Shown: positions 1 to 12,800 of the stretch, one piece after another
Layout: every line of letters starts with the position of its first letter
How positions within the stretch are numbered: position 1 is the stretch's first letter
Source: Pocillopora damicornis
Taxonomy: Eukaryota
Direction of reading: 5' to 3'
NCBI RefSeq assembly: GCF_003704095.1
Contig: NW_020846447.1
Coordinates: 1-64,000, forward strand
DNA: 64,000 nucleotides
The notes under the pieces: model-generated
What the model saw: only the letters and a program-made list of their open reading frames with translations
Database searches by the model: none
What the model was told of the DNA's origin: nothing
Made by a program: the position numbers and the translations under genes

Positions 1-189
1 TCTTTTCTAAAATCTTATCTTCTGTGACACTGGAGACGCAGAGGTGACCAGCTATTTACAACCACGTTGGATCTTAAAAACAGAGTTCCTCGACACATCA
101 TTCAGAAAGTTTGATGCGTACAAATGATAAAGATTGGCATCATAAGAGAGTCAATTACTTATGTAACTACTCCACTTGTATTTCAACAG

Positions 190-1034
190 ATCAAACGTGA
201 ATGAACTAGTTTTTCTTCATCTGGGCTCACAGCCAACGACAGTTCTCTGTCGCATGGGAGACTTTGGATGCGGAGATGGGGGATGGACGCCAGTAATGAA
301 GGTTGACGGCAGCAAGGTACTATGTGGAATCGATTTTCTATCCATTGCGTGTCATGATCGACCACCTTAGAGATATTTTTCTACAGCTGCTGACTGATTT
401 ATTGACGACGAGGGCGACTTCTGCTCTCTGTTCACGTCTCCAGCTGACATTTCCTTGAGCAAGGAGACAGAAACTATATACCAAATGTGTCGAAGTTGGG
501 GGAAGGATAAACTGGTCATAAGAGTTTTGGGGACCACATATTTTTCAGGGGGGACCGGGCGGAGATCAGTTGTCACTAACGGAGTATAAAGGGGTGACTA
601 TATAAATTTGACTGCCAATGAGAAGGGATCGTTAGAATACAACAGAGCATAGGAGAGGGGGGATTAAATATATTGCTGTGACACAACAAAATTCCTCCAA
701 CCCCTCCCTGGTGATGAAAAATGACCGCTTCCTAAATTGTCTGTAATTGACTCTGCATTAATATTGATAACGAAATATGCCACACGTTACTTCACCAAGT
801 CATGCATATTTCATGATCACTAGCTTCCTTTCATTGCCTCTTCTTGCTACCTGAAAGCAATTTTAAAGTAAATTTTAGCATAAAACAAACAGCTATTGTG
901 GGAAGAGAAATTTATTATCGTCACAAACTATCTAAAAGCGAGCAGATTTATGCGAGGGATAAATTAGAAACCAGTAATAACTTTTTATCATATTATAAAC
1001 TATTCTCCCAGAGTACCTTTCACTATGATTCTGG
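190..1034 (+). CDS. Internal exons (190-316, 1012-1034+) of a fibrinogen-related / skeletal-organic-matrix-protein-5-like gene; truncated by the window start and the N gap
   Basis: AG|190 ... 316|GT exon encodes SNVNELVFLHLGSQPTTVLCRMGDFGCGDGGWTPVMKVDGSK and joins in frame to STFHYDS. The C-x-M...GGWT motif is typical of fibrinogen-like (FReD) N-termini. Confidence 0.6.
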
Positions 1035-2464
1035 NNNNNNNNNNNNNNNNNNNNNNNNNNNNNNNNNNNNNNNNNNNNNNNNNNNNNNNNNNNNNNNNNN
1101 NNNNNNNNNNNNNNNNNNNNNNNNNNNNNNNNNNCTCTTTATCAAATGAGACAAACGGGAACGAGTTTTGAGTGATATAACTAAGCCAGGTCTGCCACCG
1201 TCATTTTGGATCTCCGCCTGGGTAGATTTTAGTCACGTGCTAGGCAACGTATAATCAATAACAAGATAGAATTTCATTTCAGGCCTATTTATTAATTTTG
1301 TGGTGTATAACTTTCGCATTTTAGTACGTAATATGTATTTTGAATCTTCAAATTGTCTTGAAACTTAGAAGAAAATTGTTCTTTAAAAATTCACTGAAAA
1401 TCGGTCGCTAAAATTGTTTGTTTAGGTGTTATTTGATTTTCGTGTTAACTTGTAATTTCGTTAGTCGCCGGCATCTTCTGTTGTTTCACACAGGAAAAAC
1501 ACACGATACGAAACGTAATGATCGATTTTGTCCTCAATCTCACGCCGTAACAGATAAAGCTTTTGAACATCTGTAAACTCCGAGCGCTTCGCAGTAAGTG
1601 ATATTTTCAATGAATCTTCGGATTGTTTTCAAGTTCAAGGATGGTAAATAACAATTTTATGAAAAGCGAAGGTTGTTCTGTTATTTTACTGTGAATCCTT
1701 GCATGCCGGCCAGTCGCTGGCGCCGCTTGTTGAAACTAAAACGAAAAAAAAAAATTCTTCAAGATTATCATTGGCTTCTTTGTCACCCCACCACTATTCT
1801 TAGCAACAAAGGTCGCCATTTCGTTTGTTTATTGCTCGCCAAAAACTATCAAATGCACTCAAAAGCCTAAAATCGAAAAAGAGTTTACAGGAATCGACCA
1901 ACCGAGCGAGCGAGTGCCATTCCCCACATCGTATTTACAACTCGCTCTTGCGCATGCGCGCAATTTACGAGTTAAAAAGGGCTGATCCGGCAGAAACTAT
2001 TTCATTATTTATTGCAATTTTGTCCATTATAATAAACCTTAAATCATTTACAACATTTCCTTTATATTTGCCTCTTTTGATCACACAAATTGCGCTCTAA
2101 TTAGGAACTGCAGTCACAAGATGTTTTTAATAGACGCCATGCTCTCAAAGATGCATAAGAGACTATATCTCACAATATCACAGAGGTAGACCCCACAAAA
2201 GGAAACATGATTCTTCTCTAAGAACTTTCTTTGATTACTAAGTTCAATACTATAGGCCAGTGCTTTGAACTGTAAAAATAAAGCCTAATTGGCAAATAAA
2301 GATCATTTCAAAAGAGCGAAAAAGAATAATTTCAACTGAATTGTTCCACCCTTTTCGAGCTTGAAAAGCTTTGAGGAGGTATGTCTGTTTTATTTGGAAC
2401 AGTGGGTCTTTTACAGACTTAACTCGTCTGCTCTTAACGAACAAACATTTTTGGATCTTCAGGG

Positions 2465-5400
2465 TCACAGAGAAGGCGGTCCCACATCAACTTGGATAAA
2501 CAACGTGTCGTCCACCAAATACCGCCTCGTTTTCAATTTCTCGTGAGACATGAATCTCGCGTACCCACGACCAGGGTTTTCTTCTGCAGTGGGTCTGGCA
2601 AAGTTCTCTAGTTTCGTATTGGCTCTGAAGAGCATAGTAACGTTCTGACGCTCGTCTAGGCTCTCTTGCTGATCTATAAGCGTAAATGTGACCTTCTGAT
2701 TAAATGGCCAAGGCAATATTGCGTCGTGTTCACCTCTCATGACGATTACGAACGCAGAGAGGTGAGTATTCCTGCCTGATCCGTCGCCGTTGGGATTGAC
2801 GGAAAGTTTTAACTTGTAGCCATACTTTCCAGTGTAAAAGGGATCGCTGTCTATTTTATTGTTCCGGCCAACTTTGGCCTGGTGTAATATATCACCGAAA
2901 CCAGTTATCTTCCATACAAACATCGGAGTTTCCATCTGGCTCTTATGCATTTCTTTCTCCTGTGCTGAAACTTTGAGCAAGAGATTGTTGTTTTCCTTTT
3001 TCAGGTCGTCCAGTTGTTTCTTAAGGGTTTTTTTCTCCTCGTCAAATTCTTGCTGCAGTAGGGCGAGTTTCTTGCAAGCGAAGCTCAAATGAGTAGTCGT
3101 ATCTTCACGAACGTGTGTTTCCAAGTTTCTTCTTTCCACCTGTAAATATAACGCGGCCATTAGGAAACATGTCTCACATTTGCTACGAGTATGGGACAAA
3201 TTCAAATCTGTCTTCCACTCGGTGAAGCTTCGAATCTCAGCTTCTTCAAATTTAGCGGTAGAAAGCTCTACCGAACAAGCTACTTTGTACTCGCCAGCGT
3301 GCTGTGACCTACATCCCTTTTTTAAACTATTAATCACCGAAGGTCCGGTGAATATATTTAAAGTCCTCAAGAGGAAGTCGACGCTATTTTCGACAATACT
3401 CAATGAGTCTGAGGAGGACGATCATTTGTGGTAAAATTGCTCGGGTGATATTAGAAAAATTTCCAGTGGTGGTTTATATCAAATTACACCCGAAGAGGTG
3501 CTATTAGTAATACTTACTTTCATGTTGCACCCCAAGTCATGAAAAGGACAAGACACTGGCGTAAGGCGGCACTCTGTTTCCAAATGCTTTAACATCTACG
3601 AAACAAAAAAAGTTGTTTTGTGTGTAAAAATTCCTCTTACCCTAGGACTATGATGTAGATATTTTGGTGAATATTCAAAACCGAAAAAAAAACAACAAAG
3701 GAAAGTGGCAGGTATTAGTTTGTTGACAGTTTTGTAACATTGGCTGATAGTTATGTAAACAGAGAGAAAAATTTACACAGATTTCAATTCTACTGACATA
3801 CATCTAAGTATGTAGTTTCCAATTGATGTTCTTTTGGGTCTCTTTACGATCTACCCCACCCTTGAGGGGTATTCTGATATACGGTGGGTCTCTTCACGAT
3901 CTACCCCACCCTTGGGAGGTATTCCGATTGATATACGGTGGGTCTCTTCACAATCTACCCTACCATTGAGGTGTATTCTGATTGATATATGGCAGCAAGT
4001 ATCTAAGGATTGAGGAAAATTAATCCCCAGGGAGTTCTCTCATAAATAAACACTTTTCTTATCAGGACAGACAGAAAGCTAAGAAAATAAAAGAAAGGGC
4101 CAGTAGAGTTTGTACCCAAAACAGTGGATCAATATCAGTATCTGGGCAACTGCCCACCTACCCCTTCCCTAACCCAACATTAACCTTAACTCGTTGTCAA
4201 TTAACTGTTGTTGAGTTAGGGGAGGGGTAGGTGGGCAGTTGCCCAGATACTGATATTGATCCAAAACAGTTTCATACCAAAAAGGAAAACAGAGTGGCTC
4301 ATCCCAGAGTTCAGTTTCTTCCCCAGAGTAAGAGGATTGCTGTAGCAGGTACAATGCAGTTTACCCTTAGGATGAAGAGCTATCTTACTTGTAATTTTTC
4401 CTGCACCATTAGAGACCTGTAAAAATTCTGTGGAAATTATTGTAAGGCTTCACTCTGAGTTAAACATCTCTCTTACCTGCTCCCTTGGGACAACTTGTTC
4501 ACAACCATTGGAACAGTTCAGAGGGAACATAGGACAGGTTTCATTGTGAATCTACAAAGTAAAATTAACAGCTGAAACATCATTTTAATCTTACAGTAGC
4601 ATGCATTTGTTGCATAGGAGTTAGTACATAATGGAATAATCCCACTGTTAGTATTTCAACAAACTTCCCTACAAGTTTGCAAATACCTATTCATACCCCA
4701 AGGAAATGAGGGTACTGTTTGATTGACCCCTTCACTCCTAACTGATTCTCCTTAATGTCTACCATACAACTCTTATCATGCTAGTTTGGAGAATTTGGTG
4801 TTGGATCAACTAATAATCCCCTAAGTAATATTTTTTGTTATTTTTGTCAGTAGTCTATTTGATGATGTATTGATATTATAAGAAGAAAATACAGCAGTAA
4901 CTGCAAACTGTGCAAACACCTAAATCCCCTGGAATATAGAGTGCCAGTAAAAACAGCATGGAGACACTTGCATGGAAAATGCCTCTGGAGGGAAGAGGTT
5001 GAAGACAAGGAGGAGTAGTGATACTGATATTGCACAAGAAATGTGATGGGTATTAGTTCAAAGTTAGTAAAACAGCGTTCAGGTTTCTGTCAAACCACAC
5101 ATTAAGACGGCTTATTCAAGTCTGCTCACATCTTCTTCAGCTTTTGGATACTTTTCTGGGCAAAATTGGCAAGAAACAATTCTCCATTGACATGACACGG
5201 CCACATGTTCTTCAATCAGGTTCCTTGCCAGGAACACACGGCAGTTAGAACTTGGACACTGCACAACCTCATAGGGACAAATCTGTTGGTGGTTCTGAAA
5301 GATTCCAACAAAAATAACAATACTTAGCAACAGCACATGGTACATGTATGCACACTAGAATGCAAAACAATGAAATTTGAAAAAGTAAAAAGCAGTTACA

Positions 5401-8102
5401 ATCACCTAAAAATTATCCTTCACACAAGTAGAATTTTATTCTAAAATGAGCTGCTTGTTATACATGTATGTGTAAGAATGGCAACTTTTAAATCTGGTAT
5501 CATCTACATTAGGGTAACCAGTCTGAAAAGCAGATTAAATGTCTTGATGAGACAAGATTAATCTTGTCTCCCTTAGTTTGTAACATCAGACAAGGAACAA
5601 TACGAATAAAGGCAGTAAGTTTCTAAAGAAACTGTATTACTGCATAGGTGAGAGGGTATAACAGGGAAACTTAGTATTATCAACTGAGTTTGTATAATGT
5701 AAATTAGCCACTGTAAAGACTTTCAAAGCTGAATTTTCAAGTGTTAGCCCTACATTAGCGCAGCAAAAGGTGTGCGTAAAAAGGTGTGTGTAAAAAAGCA
5801 TCAGATAAAGACTGTTAACTAATAAAATACAGACAGCTTTGACACTCCTACTCCCTTTTAAATGTTGAATATGAACTTCCATTTCATACCTGTTTAAGCT
5901 GACAAATCAAAGGGATGATGATAGACTGAAAGCATGGATTTCAAGATTTTCATATCCCTAGGACCACGCTTGACTTCATGTGCTTTAAGCTTAAGCACCT
6001 AAAGTTAGGTTTGCTGGTAAATTAGTAGGAAAAGTTTACCAGCAAGCTAGGACTTAATATATCCACCTTATTTTCTTTTTTTTAAGGAAAAAATTCTGAT
6101 TAGCTACCTCCACATCTCTGAGCTCTCCTTCCCACTGGCATCTATTAGGACACTTGACAAAGTAAGAGAGAATCCTTCTCTCACTTGCCTTATCTGGAAA
6201 AATATCCTACAAATAAAATAAGATTGAAATGATGGATACAAAAACAGATCAAAATCAAATTTAATCATTCCTAACTGATTGAGGCTAAGATTAATTTTGG
6301 GATCAATTTTATTGTAGGAAAGTTGTGAACTTAAGTAACATTCTCTCCTCTTCCACTTTCCCTGCTCTTTCACTTTTAGGTACAAGTAGCATATCTGGGG
6401 AACAGAATGAAAGCAGCTAATGTTTCATATATAGAAATTAACTGCAATTACAAAGTTTTAACTTAATATTCAAATAAGTGAGTACATAATGTGACTTTTT
6501 CTAAAGATCTTTGAGCAACTTGACTGAAAAAGGATCTGGTATTAGCCGATGGTTTAAACAAGATATCTTAGTAGTTCATATAGTGTGATCATCCGGGTGA
6601 GTGTAGTTCTGAAAAGAACTGTTGTTGGTGACACTCACCCGGATGATCATGCTATACGAACTACTGATACTCCTGGGTTCAAACCATTTACTTTAAGACA
6701 TCTTAGTTAAGAAAAACCAACTTACTTCGGGAATATAGGCATAACAATTACATGTGTTTTTGGTAAAAATAGCCTTAAAAATTGAGTGAGATGGAGAATA
6801 AGCTTTTTTGTTACAGAAGCACTTGGAATAAACCACTATAGGAAGTACCTTGTCTTTATCCAGTCTTGTTCTGTCTAGTGGGCAGTTAGGATGTTGTATT
6901 CTAAAAAGAGAGAACTCTCGTCAAAAGAAATGCTTCTTTGTGATAAAGTAACATTCAGTGTGTCAACATTCAATGTATATTTTGTAGGGTAATCATCAAG
7001 ATAACGTAGTTGTCCTGAAAATGACCCTGGTTTCATTATGTTGACGAAGAAAACACTGTTTTCGATTGTGAGATCCTATAAAGACACCACTTGTTTTTCA
7101 ACGGTAGTTTTGCAAAAACCCCACTGTGAAAAGCAAAGCAACAAAATTTTGCCCGCATTCACATAATACAGTGACAAGGACAAGAGATTTTACTTCGCGT
7201 TACATGCATCTATCTGTGTATTACCACAAAATAGAAGATTTGTAATAACAAGAGAACCGTTCTTAGTTCACGTAGTGCGAAATTCTGCAGACTCAATGAC
7301 GAAACATTTCTCGCTGGCAATTGTGCAATGTCATCTACCAGAGAATATGCATCCCAAACTTGAAATTAGGGCAAAATTCAAAGTTTTGCCCACCCACTTG
7401 CCAGATTTAGGCTACTCTTTTCGGACCTTAGAGCTGACATATCGCAAATGTTTGCGTTGAAACAAACTATGAATTTAAAACACGACTTTCAAGATACGTG
7501 CAAAGCTTTTAACTGCTCGGTTTGATTCATTATGACCAGAAGGAAGCTAAAACCAATCAGGATGATTTCATTCCTAACAAGGCTTCAATGCCTCATATTG
7601 CTCGACAATAGAAATATAAAAACAACTAGAACTCCACAATTGGACATCAACATGAAGTTTGAAATTGCCTTGCAGCTTGTTTTTGTCTCACGAGGAGCTA
7701 AGTTCTGCATCAGCTGACTTAGATTCGAACATTTGACTACACTTCTAAAAAAGTTGCATTGATGATGGCATTGGCTCTAAGTAATTACAGAATTATCATC
7801 TGTGAAATATGCTTCTTCTTCAAAAATAGGGGTAGTCCTGTTTCATCTATAATTCATTAGGCATTCGAAGATCAATCGATTCACTCAGACGACAGTTCTG
7901 GAATAACCATTCCAACTTACCGTTTGAAATGTTCATTGAGACAGTCATGGCAAAATCTGTGTCCACATCTAGTTAACACAGCATTTCTTAAAGGTAACTG
8001 GCATATCTGACAGACAAAATCTTCATCTAGTTCTGTAACAAAGTCGTAGTCATAGCCCGATGGAAGTGGCGGCGGACGGCCGCTTTGGTCTCGGTCGGCC
8101 AT
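2465..8102 (-). CDS. TNF receptor-associated factor (TRAF4/TRAF6-like): RING + TRAF zinc fingers + coiled coil + MATH, ~441 aa, 7 exons (8102-7921, 6900-6849, 6206-6108, 5294-5130, 4551-4477, 3595-3518, 3139-2465)
   Basis: RING CQICQLPL...CGHRFCHDCL...CPLDR; DIFPDK...VKCPN; H-x3-C zinc fingers; MATH motifs FVWKI, SDPFYTGKYGYKL, LPWPF, DDTLFI. All introns are GT-AG with consistent phase. Confidence 0.93.
3836..3992. repeat. Minisatellite, 3 copies of a 50-54 bp unit in a TRAF intron
   Basis: GGGTCTCTT(T/C)AC(G/A)ATCTACCC... units start at 3836, 3886 and 3940. Confidence 0.9.
4126..4262. mobile_element. 137-bp palindromic MITE with 8-bp TSD
   Basis: ~40-bp perfect TIR GGATCAATATCAGTATCTGGGCAACTGCCCACCTACCCC; AAAACAGT duplicated at 4118-4125 and 4263-4270. 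Confidence 0.92.
6570..6665. repeat. Intronic foldback with 35-bp arms, probably Penelope-derived
   Basis: AGTAGTTCATATAGTGTGATCATCCGGGTGAGTGT (6570-6604) vs ACACTCACCCGGATGATCATGCTATACGAACTACT (6631-6665). Confidence 0.7.
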
Positions 8103-8891
8103 GTTTATGGCAACGAACTAGCGTGACTTTGTCTTGAACCCAGTTTCCTCTCGAAAGAGGAAAGGTATAAGGGTTGAAATTTCCAGGTGTCAATCTGATG
8201 ATCATAGTAACTCAAGCTGTGTTCCCATTACGGAAAACTATTTACTATTTTTATGCTTGTTTATTTATTAATGTTGATTATCGTTCCAATCCGTTCTTAA
8301 CCCTTCAAAATCAAATCTTCCGCTCTACTCTCACTTCGCAAGAACAGTATCACCCGTCGAACCGATACGATACAATATGTCAAGCTGTCCTGGTGGGGTC
8401 GCCACCTTGCAGTGTGGGGAGTATTTTGGCCCTGTTTCACAGAGACACTAAAGATTCGTAAGTTGAATCAACAAGAGATTTATTGTAGCGTAAAAACCTC
8501 CCAACCTTGTCACAGCGATGCTCAAGAATGCAGCGGTTTATTTATATGGCAATTATGCACGCTTGGGAGTAAGCTCTTGCTGGTGAGATCGTTCATTCAA
8601 AACATACATGTATTTTGCAGCTTCGCCCTGCACGTGCACCAGAAATTATTATTTTCTACCCACCTGGGTTGGTGCAAGGTTCAGCCTCAAATTCAAATCA
8701 CTTTTCTTTGCTCGCGAACTAAAATAATGGACTTAAATGTAATTACTTATGGAACCTTCCGTCAGTCTTAAATAAATTCCCGATTTCCTGTTTCCCGTCT
8801 CCTGACAGTTAGAAGCCGGTATGTTGCATAGGATTACTTGAATTGTTGCATAGAAACGAAATGAGTTAGGAGAATTGCTTGACAATTTATC

Positions 8892-9076
8892 ATTATCAAC
8901 TGAGTTGTTAATGTAAATTGGCCACCGCAGAGTTAGAAAGCTAACATCTCGAGCGTTAGCCCTTTGTCAATCGCTCTGACGAAGGGCTGAAGCTCAAAAC
9001 GTCAGCTTTTCGACTCTTTACGGTGGCCAATTAACGCTATCAACTCAGTCGATAATACTAAAATTACCTTGTTACA

Positions 9077-9107
<31 letters not shown>

Positions 9108-9122
9108 AAGAAACTTACCCCC
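8892..9122 (+). mobile_element. Penelope-like inverted terminal repeat fragment with a degenerate minimal hammerhead core; related fragments at ~5610-5760, ~21735-21990, ~22100-22170 and ~55400-55570
   Basis: Inverted arms 8893-8969 / 8977-9055; CTGACGA-agggctgaagctc-AAAAC-GTCAG at 8976-9005, where GAAA has decayed to AAAA. Confidence 0.7.
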
Positions 9123-9818
9123 CTTGTTAACAGAATTGCTACCGGTATTTGGAGAAAGGAATCGCGATTATTCGTGACACGCCCTGGCGTTTTCTAGGTC
9201 TGTTCCTCCTCTAGTTTATCGAGATGTCTGACAAACAGTTCAACAACGCACAATGAAACATTTTAAACACTTTGAACCCCTGCCAGTGATTAGCATCCTA
9301 TTTCTCCTTACTACACCACCCCTGAATCATGCATTGCGGTCATGAGAATAGAGGAAGTGATTCTCCTCGCCAGAAACTTAGGAGATGCACAGAGAACAGT
9401 ATGGAGAATATGTATCCTGATGTTAGACAGTAAAAGGTTGAAACACACCAGGTTACATGTTTGTGACTCCCAAACTAATATTTAGCACCCTCTCCAATCC
9501 GACAGCGATGAAGGAACCTCATTTTGAAGGATCCTGTCTACACCCTTGAACTCGTCAACTAAATGATAATTTAAACACAAAGTATTTCACTCTCTTTAAT
9601 AATATTGAAAGCCAGGAATTCTGAGTAATTCAGTTGCCAAATGTCTCCATTTCATAATGGAGAAACTGGTGACTCAACACTGTGCAAATTGTTCATATCA
9701 AGCTGAACAGTTTATTTTGAGTAGGTTTCGATCTGTTTGTGGTCTTTTTAGTTTCTCCTGTACACGCGCTCGCATCCCAGCGGCACATGGCTTCTTAGTG
9801 ATATCTTTCCTTCGACAT

Positions 9819-12800
9819 TTATCTTGTATTTACCTGTAAAAGAAGATTTCAGAAATTAATTCTTGCTCTGGTTTTTCCAATTTTATACTGCAACGTGTAT
9901 TGTGGCCAGATTTTGGTCGGAGTTCATCTTACTGTGAGGAAGGGATGGTGGAATTAAAAGCTTAAACCTGTGAAAAGCTAAATCAAAAGTTTGGTAATCC
10001 TGTTTTAAACACACTGACCCTAATCTTTAACTTCTGCCATAAAAAATAGCTGTCATTGTATATTGCTGTTTCTAACGCTCCTTGTTACTCTCACTTAACC
10101 TCCGTCATTATGAAACCAGTGGGAAAAATATCCCGGTTGCGTGCGGTCTGCTTAGAATACCTTGTATAACTTGAGGCCGTTAAATTTACCAATGATAGTT
10201 ATTTATACTTACAATGTCATCGATCTTCAGAATGCTACGAACTGTCTCGGATGCCAACTGAATGGCACTGGTTGACACGAGAAGCGGCTGCAGAACGTTC
10301 TCTTCTAGAATATTAGTAATTGTGCCCTGAAAAACAAAGATATGAACAAAAATGAAATATGAAAAAAGAAAACTGAATAAAACTCTGCCGACAAATAGAA
10401 AAAAAAAACGCCATACGAGTGAAACTGCCCGTAGCACACGGCGTTGAGGTTAACAAGTCAATTTCCCAAGAAAATGTTATGAAACAATGTATCTCGCTGT
10501 GCTCAACTTACATTTCTTAAAGATGCCGGGCACAATTCAAAAACCAAACGCCAAAAGGCCAAACATGATAGAAAACGTCAAGCTATTTAAAGAACTATTG
10601 GAGTTGGACAAAGTATAACAAGAATAACAGACTTCTATATGTAACTGTTGTGGAGTAAAAACGGTCCACAAAATAAACATTTGAACACTTGAATAGAATT
10701 TCCAGGATCTCACCTTCCTGACGTTTATTCCTGCGGTAGTTTCGCCCTTTGCATGCCTGTTCCTTAGCTCCGTGACTGTAGCAATAGGATTCAGACCAGC
10801 ATTCTCGGAGAGTGTGTAAGGGATAACTTCCAACGCCTCTGCAAATGCACGGACACAATACGCCTCCATTCCTGTCAACGTGCGCGCATGTTCAGCCAGC
10901 TTGATGGACACTTCGATCTCTGGAGCTCCGCCTCCCGCTATGAGAGCTCTGTTGATATCAAGAATCAGAATGAATTAAATCAACTAATAAAATGAATAAG
11001 AAATGAACCGGTTGAAGAACAAATATGAAAAATGACTCTGTCCCTGTTAATCTAGTACGAAGTGTGTGAGTAACATGCTACGCCTATAAACCTTCTACCA
11101 TACATATAATCATAGCCAACGTTGAAAAAAAGGAATTCTGTCAGAAATCTTCATATATACCTCTTACTACCCTCGCTTTCTTGGCCCGTACTGTAAGTCA
11201 CAGACCGAGTTATTTCCGCTCGGATTTACGGCCCAAGCGCAAGGTTCCGTAATTTAAAGTACAGACCGAGAAAACAAGATTAGTAAGAGGTATGTACGAA
11301 GATTTCTGATAGAAATCTCTTTTTTTTTTATAACGTTGACAATTATTATATATATTTTAGAAGATTTATAAGCATACTGTGTTAGTCACACTTACAGTTG
11401 CATAACTAAGACTCCGGCTAATGAAGGGGAAGATCTCAATTTAAACAAACTTTGAATTTATGGGGCAGTACAGTGAAATTCGGCCCGTTAAACCAATAGA
11501 AACAAGCTCGAAGTATAAAGGAAGTATCAGAGTAAAGAAAAATGTTTAGCAATCATAACAAGCTTGAGAAAAAGGCTTTGGTACTTGCATATCCACACTC
11601 TTCCTCCTTTTGAGTCAATGTTTATGGACATTTTTCCTCCCCTACCACCTTCAAGGGAAATGATCTTCCACTAAGATATCGTTTTCATGATTCACAAGTT
11701 ACCTCTTCTTAACCAAGCATCTCACAACACAAAGAGCATCATGAAGTGATCGCTCAGCCTCTTCCAAGACAAGCTTGTTGGATCCTCTCACCAATATGCT
11801 GACAGTTCGACCAGGATTGGTAACCCCTGTCACCTTGACTACTTTGCTGGTACCCAGGGGTACTTCCTCCACAAGCTCTGCAGTTGCCAACATCTCTGGA
11901 GTGAAGTGATCCAAACTGGCAATTGGTTTACATCCTAAGCTCTGAAATCAAGAAGATAACAAATTTACTGCATTCATCTCGACGCAAAGTTCTGGTAGTG
12001 ACAACCTAAAATTGTTGTTTAAATCACGACTGACTCAAATCAAGATTAATATCAATCTACTTATAAGTTCTAAACACTTTCAGAAAAAAAAACCAGCTTA
12101 CAGTTTATTTTCAGCCGTTTTCCCTCCAATTAAGATTCAACTCTATATAACGTTACAACAAATATACGCTTTCACACAAGAATCTTGAGACAAAAATGTG
12201 CACCACCTTTCCAATAACCTCTACAAACTTCAAAATGGAGTTCTTTGGCTGCATCTTTCTACTATTTGTGACTATTTTCCCCTGGATTGCTTGAATAAAT
12301 TCCTTAGCCCCACAAGGTTCACTTACCTTGCATATGAATTCTATTTCATCTCTCTCTATGTCCCTAACAACAAGAATCTTCATTTTGTTCAAGAAATGGA
12401 GGGCTAAGTCACTGACAGCATCTCTGTAAAACAGAAAACAGCAGAGAATATTAACAGAGAAAGATAAAAACCTCGCAAAAATTTAAACTTGTGCCTTCCC
12501 AGCCTGGTCCTAAAATAACAACCCAATCAACAAGACTACAAATAAACACAAAAGCTGAAAAATGTGCACAACATACCTTAGAATAGATTTTTGGATGAGC
12601 AGAACATTACATCCTGCCTTTTTTATTTTCTTGCAGATATCAAGGATGTACTGACGTTCCTCGCGTAGCACCCTGTCCATCTGTGTGTAGTCACTAACTA
12701 TTACTTGATTTTCCATCTGATAGGAAAACAATTCATAGTCTGGTCAATTAACCCTTTACACCTTAACATCAGTATGCATATTCTCCATACTGTTCTCTAT

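Noticed and set aside
3140-3403. N-terminal 88 aa of the 312-aa ORF 2465-3403
   Set aside because: It is intronic read-through. A clean acceptor at 3140/3139 joins the upstream zinc-finger exon in frame.
3836-3992. CRISPR-like array
   Set aside because: The context is a eukaryotic intron, the units are contiguous with no unique spacers, and there are no cas genes.
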